This document shows, in pieces, positions 55,186-62,239 of a stretch of DNA of 64,000 nt (positions are counted from its first letter, which is position 1; the number at the start of each line of letters is the position of its first letter). The position numbers and the translations under genes were made by a program. The notes below the pieces were generated by a model. That model saw only the letters and a program-made list of their open reading frames with translations, was not told where the DNA came from and ran no database searches. The stretch spans positions 9,323-73,322 of the forward strand of contig CADAND010000010.1 in NCBI GenBank assembly GCA_902789245.1. Direction: 5' to 3'. Source of the stretch: an uncultured Bacteroidia bacterium (GTDB taxonomy: Bacteria > Bacteroidota > Bacteroidia > Bacteroidales > UBA932).

Positions 55186-55551
55186 ATGCGACAGAAATTA
55201 ACGGCAAAAGAAGAAGAAATCATGCAGATCGTCTGGCAGCACGGCGATCTGTTCATCCGGGACATCGTGGCCCGGATCCCCGATCCCAAACCCTCTTACA
55301 ACACCGTGGCAACGCAGGTCAAGTTCCTGGAAGACAAGGGCTTCCTGACCCGCAAGCCGATGGCAAACAGTTTCTGCTACTCCCCCGCCGTCACGGAGAA
55401 GGAGTACCGCGGCTCGACGGTCGGCGACCTGGTCGAGCGCTACTATGACAATTCTTACGCCATGCTCGTGTCCCAGTTCGTCGAAGACGACAAGATGGAT
55501 CTCGAGGAACTGAAGGCCCTGATCGCAACCATCGAAAACAAACAGAAATGA
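55186..55551 (+). CDS. BlaI/MecI/CopY family transcriptional repressor
   Basis: LTAKEEEIMQIVWQHGDLFIRDIVARIPDPKPSYNTVATQVKFLEDKGFL (winged helix). TATATTTG box at 55159-55166. Small palindrome CAGTGgaaaCACTG between the box and the ATG. Confidence 0.85.
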   Translation: MRQKLTAKEEEIMQIVWQHGDLFIRDIVARIPDPKPSYNTVATQVKFLEDKGFLTRKPMANSFCYSPAVTEKEYRGSTVGDLVERYYDNSYAMLVSQFVEDDKMDLEELKALIATIENKQK

Positions 55552-57044
55552 CACCGGCCCTCCTTTATATAGCGCGCGCCAGCCTGTACCTGGCCCTCTT
55601 CTACGCCTTCTACCTGCTGGTCATGCGGAAGACTTCCCTCTTCCGGTTCAACCGCGTCGTGCTGCTCGCCGGCACGCTGGTCTGCCACCTGCTGCCGCTG
55701 CTGCGCCTGCGCACCGTCATCGTCCCGGACTTCTCCGGCATCCAGGTCGGCGACCTGCAGCTGGTCGGGACGGAGGCCGGGGAGGTCGCCGGGAGCTCCT
55801 TCCCCTGGCTCCTCGCGCTCTACGCGGTCGGCGTGGCCGTTGTGCTGGTGCTGAGCCTGGTCTCGGTTGCGCGGACGCGCAAAATCATCCGAAGCGGCTC
55901 CCCGGAGCCCTGCGAGGGCTGCCGCCTGACGCTGGTGGACCGCGACGTCCCCTCCTTCAGCTGGGGACGCAAGGTCGTGATGAGCCGGCAGGATTATGAG
56001 AAATACCCCGCGATCCTGCGGCACGAGCTGCAGCACATCCACGCACATCACTCGCTGGACGTCCTGCTGATGACGGCCGTGAACGCCATCCACTGGTTCA
56101 ACCCGCTGGCATGGATCGCACGCGCGGAGCTGCGGCTCCTGCACGAATACGAGGCCGACGAAGGCCTCATCCGACAAGGCATTGATGCAACCTCATACCA
56201 ACTCCTTCTGGTGCGGAAAGCCGTGGGAGAGCAACGCTTCTCCCTGGCCAACGGCTTCAACCACGCCAAACTCAAACAAAGAATTGCCATGATGCACAAA
56301 AAACCCACTTCGGGCTGGATGCGCCTCGCCTATGTCGCGCTCCTTCCCCTGCTCGCAGGGACCATGTTCCTGTGCAACCCCGCCCGGGCGGAAGTCCGCC
56401 CTGCCACCACTGAAACGCTTACCGTATCAGAAATCCCGGCCATCGTCGAAACACCGACAACTCAGAACCCGCCTGCCGGGGATAGCGTTCCCTTCGCCTC
56501 TATTGAGCAGAAACCGACCTTCAACGGCGGCGACGCCGTCGAGTTCTCCAAGTGGGTTGCCGAGAACCTGAAATACCCCAAGGAGGCGTACGAAGACGGC
56601 ATTCAGGGCCGCGTGATGGTCGCTTTCAAGGTCTGCGAAGACGGTGAAGTCCGTGATGTCAAGGTCATCCGCGGCGTGAACGAGCTGCTCGACGCCGAGG
56701 CTGTCCGCGTGGTTTCCGCCTCCCCGAAATGGGAGCCCGGCTATCAGGACGGCAAGCCCGTCAACGTCACCTACTCCTTCCCGGTCGTCTTCAAACTGAG
56801 GGGCAATGAGAACTCCGGAGAAGTGGTCAACTCCTTCTCGGTGAACGGTAGCTTTATGATCAGAAGCACCGACGGCGCTATGCCGCTGGTCTACCTCGAC
56901 GGCGTCAAATACACGGGAGACCTCAGCAAGATCGATCCTGCCACCATCTCCTCCATGGAAGTCCTGAAAGACGAAAAAGCCATCGAGAAATACGGCGAGG
57001 AAGCCAAAAATGGCATCATCCTGATCACCACCAAAAAACAATAA
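55548..57044 (+). CDS. M56 (BlaR1-like) membrane metallopeptidase fused to TonB C-terminal domain
   Basis: HExxH in LRHELQHIHAHHSLD; TM segments; TonB_C-like IEQKPTFNGGDAVEFSKWVAENLKYPKEAYEDGIQGRVMVAFKV..DGEV. ATGA overlap with the blaI-like stop. Confidence 0.85.
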   Translation: MTPALLYIARASLYLALFYAFYLLVMRKTSLFRFNRVVLLAGTLVCHLLPLLRLRTVIVPDFSGIQVGDLQLVGTEAGEVAGSSFPWLLALYAVGVAVVLVLSLVSVARTRKIIRSGSPEPCEGCRLTLVDRDVPSFSWGRKVVMSRQDYEKYPAILRHELQHIHAHHSLDVLLMTAVNAIHWFNPLAWIARAELRLLHEYEADEGLIRQGIDATSYQLLLVRKAVGEQRFSLANGFNHAKLKQRIAMMHKKPTSGWMRLAYVALLPLLAGTMFLCNPARAEVRPATTETLTVSEIPAIVETPTTQNPPAGDSVPFASIEQKPTFNGGDAVEFSKWVAENLKYPKEAYEDGIQGRVMVAFKVCEDGEVRDVKVIRGVNELLDAEAVRVVSASPKWEPGYQDGKPVNVTYSFPVVFKLRGNENSGEVVNSFSVNGSFMIRSTDGAMPLVYLDGVKYTGDLSKIDPATISSMEVLKDEKAIEKYGEEAKNGIILITTKKQ

Positions 57045-57056
57045 ACTATACTACCT

Positions 57057-58214
57057 ATGCGCTGCAGAGTCTCCCTCATCCTTTTCTTCCTGTCGCTCGC
57101 TTCACTGGCGGCCCAGGACCTCACGGCGGTGAGGGAGCTCAAGCAGCTGTGGAAGTATGACGAGGCCATCGCGTCGCTGACGCAGATGATGGCCGCTCAG
57201 GGGCCCCGGCCCGAGCTGCTCGAAGAACTGGCGGACTGCCACTACCAGAGCGGCAATTTCGCGGAAGCCCTGGATCAGTACACCCTGCTCGCCAGAATGC
57301 AGCCGGACAAACTGCTGTTCCGGATTCGACTGATGAGCCTGTTCTACCGCGGCAAGCAGTACGACGCCGCCATCGACATCGGGCGCGGCATCCTGCAGCG
57401 CGACTCCATCACGCAGGTTGTCTCCCTGGTGGGCGACGCCTTCAACCAGCTGGAGCGGCACGACTCCGCGGAATGGTACTACCGGCAGGCTCTCGCCCGC
57501 CGGCCGCACAACGAGAGCGTGCTGAACAAACTCTGCAGCATCCTGCTGGGGCGCGAGCAGCACGACGAAGTGCTCGCGCTCGCGGACGCCTTCCTCGCCG
57601 AGGAGCCGGACAACCTGACCATCCTGCCGGTCCGCGGCATCGCACGCTTCGCCAAGAAGCGCTACGACGATGCAGAAGCGGACTTCCAACACATGCACGA
57701 GCTCGGCGAGGACGGATATGCCGTCCACTATTACCTGGGCCAGTGCGCCCAGAAAAACGGCCTGCTCCGAGATGCCGAACGGGAGTTCAAGCTGGCCTGG
57801 CAACGGGATTCCACCGACGTAAACGTGGCGCTGACCATCGCGCAGCTGATTTCGGACGCCCGCAAGGACGGCTGGGAGGTCTGGTACGACAAGGCACTCA
57901 CCATGCTCCAGCCGGACCCCAAGGTCATCTCCGCCACCGCCACCGCACACCAGAACTACGCCCTCTCCGCCTACAAGAACGGCGACTTCGACCGCTGCAT
58001 CGCGGAGTACAAGAAGATGCTGGAATACAGTCCGAAACACTATGCAGCCTACTACATGATTGCACAGTGCTACGAACTAAAGCAGGACTTCAAGACGGCC
58101 CTGAGCTGGTACAAGAAAGCCCAGCCCTACTTCTCCGAAGGCTCCCGCGGCCGCGAGATCGCCGACACCGGCATCCAGCGGATGGAAGCCGAACTCTTCT
58201 TCTTGAACGAATAG
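57057..58214 (+). CDS. secreted tetratricopeptide-repeat protein
   Basis: Signal LILFFLSLASLAAQD; multiple 34-aa TPR-like units (AEWYYRQALARRP, YYLGQCAQKNG, YYMIAQCYELKQDFKTALSWYKKA). Confidence 0.75.
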   Translation: MRCRVSLILFFLSLASLAAQDLTAVRELKQLWKYDEAIASLTQMMAAQGPRPELLEELADCHYQSGNFAEALDQYTLLARMQPDKLLFRIRLMSLFYRGKQYDAAIDIGRGILQRDSITQVVSLVGDAFNQLERHDSAEWYYRQALARRPHNESVLNKLCSILLGREQHDEVLALADAFLAEEPDNLTILPVRGIARFAKKRYDDAEADFQHMHELGEDGYAVHYYLGQCAQKNGLLRDAEREFKLAWQRDSTDVNVALTIAQLISDARKDGWEVWYDKALTMLQPDPKVISATATAHQNYALSAYKNGDFDRCIAEYKKMLEYSPKHYAAYYMIAQCYELKQDFKTALSWYKKAQPYFSEGSRGREIADTGIQRMEAELFFLNE

Positions 58215-58217
58215 TCC

Positions 58218-59114
58218 ATGAAATACCAAACTATCCTCCGACGCTGCATCATCGGGATTCTTTTGATGCAGCAGGCCGCATTCGGCCAATCCATTGATTT
58301 TCAATACGAGAAACATCATATTTACATACCCGCAACGGTCAACGGGAAAGCCGCCCGGCTGGTCTTCGACTCCGGATCATCCTATGTTTGCCTGGACAGC
58401 ACCTTCCTCGCCGGCAGCGGACTCAGCTACCCCCAGCGGGGCAAGGCCATGATGAAGGGTGCCGGGGACGGCATGCAGACCGCCGACGTCATCTTCGGCG
58501 GCGTGTCCGTTTCCATGAACGGTAAAACTTACAAACCGTCTCCGGTCCCGGTCATCGATCTGCGCGCCATCCTGAAGAATCCGGCCGACGGCCTCTTCGG
58601 CATGGGTGAGGTAAAGGACAAGGTGATTGTCATCGATTTCCCGAAGCGGGCAATCGCCTTCCTGGACGCACTCACGCCAGGTATGACCGAGGGCTACACA
58701 CAGGTACCTATCGAGTACGACCCGGCACAGCCCTGGCGGGCCATCTTCCCGCTGGAGGTGACGCTCAACTCCGGAACCGTCATTGCCGGAAAAGGTGTGA
58801 TTGACACCGGTTCAGGACAGGGACTTGAATTCACCAGCAAAGCGGCCGCGAAATACCACCTGGACCAGCTGGCAGACCGAAAGCCTTACAAAATGGATAT
58901 CGGAGGCGTCGGCGGCAGTTCCGCCGGATATGTTTTCGGCATCGCCGGGGCCCGCATCGGCGGACTGGCCCTGCCCGTCACGGAAGCCGGCTACAGCACC
59001 AACACCACCGGCGCCCTCGCCAGCGACGTTTTCACCACCCTCGTCGGCAACGAAGTCTGGGAGCACTTCGCCATCATCCTCGACCTGAAGGCAAAGAAAC
59101 TGTATATCAAATAA
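58218..59114 (+). CDS. secreted retropepsin-like aspartic protease with two Asp-Ser/Thr-Gly motifs
   Basis: Signal IIGILLMQQAAFGQ; LVFDSGSS (first lobe) and VIDTGSGQG (second lobe). Confidence 0.7.
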   Translation: MKYQTILRRCIIGILLMQQAAFGQSIDFQYEKHHIYIPATVNGKAARLVFDSGSSYVCLDSTFLAGSGLSYPQRGKAMMKGAGDGMQTADVIFGGVSVSMNGKTYKPSPVPVIDLRAILKNPADGLFGMGEVKDKVIVIDFPKRAIAFLDALTPGMTEGYTQVPIEYDPAQPWRAIFPLEVTLNSGTVIAGKGVIDTGSGQGLEFTSKAAAKYHLDQLADRKPYKMDIGGVGGSSAGYVFGIAGARIGGLALPVTEAGYSTNTTGALASDVFTTLVGNEVWEHFAIILDLKAKKLYIK

Positions 59115-59118
59115 CGAG

Positions 59119-59217
59119 CTTGCCGCTTCCTCGCGGGCGGACAGAAATTATTTTTCGTGCAGTTGCCCGAAAAACCAATTTCTGCTCCGCCCTCCACAAC
59201 GCCAACGCACGGCAAGC
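59119..59217. terminator. long composite hairpin between convergent protease and dtd genes
   Basis: Outer GCTTGCCG/CGGCAAGC, middle GGGCGGACAGAAATT/AATTTCTGCTCCGCCC, inner TTTTTCG/CGAAAAA arms. No clean T-run after the full stem, so a terminator function is inferred only from position. Confidence 0.4.
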
Positions 59218-59224
59218 CCGGAAT

Positions 59225-59677
59225 CTAGATACGGTTTTTCGAATCAATGCAGATGGTGACGGGACCGTCATTGAGCAGCGACACCTTCATGTCAGCGCCA
59301 AATTCGCCGGTTCCGACCGGCCGGCCGATGGCGGCACTCAGTTCCCGGCAGAACGCCTCATAGAGCGGAATCGCAATCTCGTGCCCGGCTGCTCCGATAT
59401 AGGACGGCCGGTTGCCTTTTTTAGTGGACGCCATCAGCGTGAACTGGCTGACCACCAGCGCCTCTCCCCCGATCTCCACGACACTCCGGTTCATTACCCC
59501 CTCGTCATCGTTGAAGATCCTTAGGCCAGCCACCTTCCGGACCAGCCACTCGATATCCTCCGCCCCGTCGTCCGGCCCAATCCCGAGCAGCACTAGCAGC
59601 CCCGGCCCGATCTCCGACCGCACCTTCCCGTCAATCGTCACACTTGCCGACGACACCCGCTGAATAACCACACGCAT
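59225..59677 (-). CDS. dtd: D-aminoacyl-tRNA deacylase
   Basis: MRVVIQRVSSASVTIDGKV...GLLVLLGI...SQFTL...KGNRPS...GEFGADMKVSLLNDGPVT. TATCTTTG box at 59695-59702(-). Confidence 0.95.
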   Translation of the reverse strand: MRVVIQRVSSASVTIDGKVRSEIGPGLLVLLGIGPDDGAEDIEWLVRKVAGLRIFNDDEGVMNRSVVEIGGEALVVSQFTLMASTKKGNRPSYIGAAGHEIAIPLYEAFCRELSAAIGRPVGTGEFGADMKVSLLNDGPVTICIDSKNRI

Positions 59678-59754
59678 AACAGTAGTTGTTTTTACAAAGA
59701 TAACGAAAACCGCCATATTGCCAACATCCCCAGGAAAGTCGTTTAGTCCGCAAA

Positions 59755-59860
59755 CTTATCCTCAAAAACGGCCTCTGTTGAGGATGAAAGCTGGATGTTC
59801 AATGGTTTGTCCTCAAAACAAGGCTCCAGTGAGGATAAGTAATGGGGTGTATTTGAGGAT
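59755..59860. repeat. array of five copies of the word TGAGGAT/ATCCTCA forming two tandem hairpins and an outer 10-bp inverted repeat
   Basis: CTTATCCTCA (59755) ... TTGAGGAT (59778) ... GTCCTCAA (59809) ... TGAGGATAAG (59830) ... TGAGGAT (59854). Confidence 0.6.
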
Positions 59861-59884
59861 GCCGTGCGCAAATCGTCCTTAATC

Positions 59885-60025
59885 AAAAACACCTGCGGAG
59901 TCAAGATGCCACCGGATAGTGCAGAAGGCCGATTAGGTCCGCTGATGGCGACCTGGGGCTGGCATCTGCGGACCTAACCTGGCCCACAGTAGCGCCAAAG
60001 CAATGTCGGCTCCGCAAGTGTTTTT
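59885..60025. ncRNA. candidate structured RNA or palindromic element: 141-nt imperfect extended hairpin
   Basis: AAAAACAC-C-TGCGGAG ... GGCC-GA-TTAGGTCCGC ... GCGGACCTAA-CCT-GGCC ... CTCCGCA-A-GTGTTTTT. T-runs on both strands. The strand and RNA identity could not be determined. Confidence 0.3.
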
Positions 60026-60094
60026 GAACAAGAGGCAGACAAGATTCGCCGGTCGGGGCCAGCGAATGACGAAAATGCGGAGAAAAAGGAAAGA

Positions 60095-61864
60095 TCAGTC
60101 CTCCGAGGTGATTTCCTTGAGCTCGGCGCGGTAGGCCATCAGCAGGCGGGATTTGGAGATAAAGCCGAGGTACTTGCGGTCGGCATCGACGACCGGCAGG
60201 CGCCAGGCGTCGGTGCGGTCGAACTTGGCCATCACGGACTCCATCTTCTCGCCGACATAGAGAAACTCCGGCACGGGCTCCATGATGTTGTAGACGTGCC
60301 AGGAATCGTACTTGGACGGATCCAGCAGCGGCTTGCGGGCCAGGGCAATGTCGATCATCCCCTGGAAACGGCCTTTCGAGTCGATGACCGCCAGCACGGC
60401 GGCGTCCGTGTCGGCCACCACCGTGGCCAGTTCGCGCAACGTGGCGTCAATCTGCACCTTGGGATACTTGTCACGGATCAGGTCCTCCATGTGCATGAGC
60501 GTCAGGACGGCCTGGTCGCTATCGTGCGTGAGCAGGTCGCCGCTCTGCGCGATACGCTTGGTGTAGATGGAATACTTCTCGAAGAGGCGCACGGTGCCGA
60601 ACGCCACGGTCGACGTCAGGATGAGCGGGATCAGCAGCTCGTAGCCGCCGGAGATCTCGGCGATAAGGAAGATGGCCGTCATCGGCGCCTGCATCACACC
60701 GGCCATCAGCGCCGCCATGCCCACGAGGGCGAAGTTCTGCTCCGGCACGCTGAAACCCAGGTTGTTGAAGCAACGGGCAAAAACGAAGCCAAAAATGGCG
60801 CCCACAAACAGCGTCGGACCGAAGGTACCGCCCACGCCTCCCCCGGCGTTGGTCGCCGTCATAGCGACCACCTTCAGGAAGAAGACCAGGGCAAAGAACA
60901 ACGGCACACCCCACTTCGACTCCAGCAGGAAGCCCAGCACGCTGCGGCCCTCCAAATCGGGCGACTGCCCGTTCAGCAGCGGGCCGAGGGAGTCATAACC
61001 CTCGCCGTAAAGCGGCGGGAAAAGGAAAATCAGCAGACCCAGCGCCCCGGCGCAGATCGTCCAGCGCAGGTAGGGATTCCTGAATTTGCTGATGCGGTCC
61101 TCCAGCAAAAGGGTCGTGCGCAGGAAGTACAGCGAGCCCAGGCCGCCCAGCACACCCAGCACGAGGTAGAACGGAAGGTTCCCCATCGAGAAGGGAGTCA
61201 GGGTGCAGGCGAACACCGGGGTCTGGCCCCGGAAAATATAGGACACCACCGTGGCGGAGATGGTGGAGATCAACACCGGCAGGAGCGACTTCATCGACAC
61301 GTTGAAGAGCAGGATCTCCAGCGTGAAGAGCACGCCCGCCAGCGGCGCCTTGAAGATGCCGGCCACGGCACCGGCGGCGCCACAGCCCAGCAACAGGGTG
61401 ATGTTGCGGTAGGACAGACCGAAGGCGCGGCCCAGGTTGGAGCCGATGGCGGCGCCCGTGTAGACAATCGGCGCCTCGGCACCGACGGAGCCGCCGAAGC
61501 CGATCGTGATGCTGGAGGTCAGCATGGAGGACCAGGTATTGTGCGGCTTGATCTTCGAATCGTTGCGGGACACGGCCAGGAGCACCTTCGTGACGCCGTG
61601 GCCGATGTTGTCCTTAATCAGGTAGCGCACGAGCAGCAACGATATCAGCATGCCGATACCCGGCAGCACCAGGTTCTGCCACGCGTACGCGAAATGGAAA
61701 CCATGGCTGAGCAGGTGCTTGATGGCGTGGATCGCCCAATCCAAAATGACGGCGGCGCACCCGGAGAGTACGCCGACCATCAGACTCAGCAACAGCAGTT
61801 TGCTGTGTTCGGAAATATGTTTCAGGGAAAACTTCACGCTAGGCGTCGGCTCCATCATCGTCAC
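60095..61864 (-). CDS. ClC family chloride channel/antiporter with C-terminal CBS pair
   Basis: GFGGSVGAEAPIV, GIFKAPLAG, GGTFGPTLFVGA selectivity-filter-type motifs; two CBS-like repeats at the C-terminus. Confidence 0.9.
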   Translation of the reverse strand: MTMMEPTPSVKFSLKHISEHSKLLLLSLMVGVLSGCAAVILDWAIHAIKHLLSHGFHFAYAWQNLVLPGIGMLISLLLVRYLIKDNIGHGVTKVLLAVSRNDSKIKPHNTWSSMLTSSITIGFGGSVGAEAPIVYTGAAIGSNLGRAFGLSYRNITLLLGCGAAGAVAGIFKAPLAGVLFTLEILLFNVSMKSLLPVLISTISATVVSYIFRGQTPVFACTLTPFSMGNLPFYLVLGVLGGLGSLYFLRTTLLLEDRISKFRNPYLRWTICAGALGLLIFLFPPLYGEGYDSLGPLLNGQSPDLEGRSVLGFLLESKWGVPLFFALVFFLKVVAMTATNAGGGVGGTFGPTLFVGAIFGFVFARCFNNLGFSVPEQNFALVGMAALMAGVMQAPMTAIFLIAEISGGYELLIPLILTSTVAFGTVRLFEKYSIYTKRIAQSGDLLTHDSDQAVLTLMHMEDLIRDKYPKVQIDATLRELATVVADTDAAVLAVIDSKGRFQGMIDIALARKPLLDPSKYDSWHVYNIMEPVPEFLYVGEKMESVMAKFDRTDAWRLPVVDADRKYLGFISKSRLLMAYRAELKEITSED

Positions 61865-62207
61865 CGCCGTACTGCGAGATGTTGTCGTCCGGCAGGGTGT
61901 CGCCCTCGCCTTCCGGCGCGGAAGTGGTGCCGGCCACGGACTCGGCCTCGGCCTCCTCTTCCCCCTCGAGCCAGCGCTCGATGTCGTCGGGATTGTCGAT
62001 CTGGACCTTGATCTTCACCAGGTAGATCGCATCCGGAATTTCAATCATCACCGCATAGAACGGCGTGCCGTCCGGCTTCGTATATTTGTTGAGATCAGGA
62101 AGATAGTCACTGAAGCCTTTCGGGTACTTCTCCGCGAATGCCGCAGCCAGTTCGGGAGACATGTTTTCGTAGCTGACGATGTGTCGCTTTTTATTGTCTT
62201 GTGCCAT
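61839..62207 (-). CDS. hypothetical protein with acidic C-terminal tail
   Basis: 122 aa: MAQDNKKRHIVSYENMSPELAAAFAEKYPKGFSDY...; tail EGEEEAEAES...GGDDDGADA. 26-nt overlap with the ClC start. Confidence 0.55.
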   Translation of the reverse strand: MAQDNKKRHIVSYENMSPELAAAFAEKYPKGFSDYLPDLNKYTKPDGTPFYAVMIEIPDAIYLVKIKVQIDNPDDIERWLEGEEEAEAESVAGTTSAPEGEGDTLPDDNISQYGGDDDGADA

Positions 62208-62239
62208 AATGCAGGTTTAGTTTCGTGCTGCAAGTATAG

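Noticed and set aside
59885-60025. Naming the long hairpin as SRP (4.5S) RNA or 6S RNA
   Set aside because: The conserved SRP domain IV sequence (GGUCC-GGAA-GGAAGCAGCC type with a GNRA loop) is absent on both strands. At 141 nt it is short for 6S RNA, and I cannot verify covariation. It is left as an unassigned candidate.
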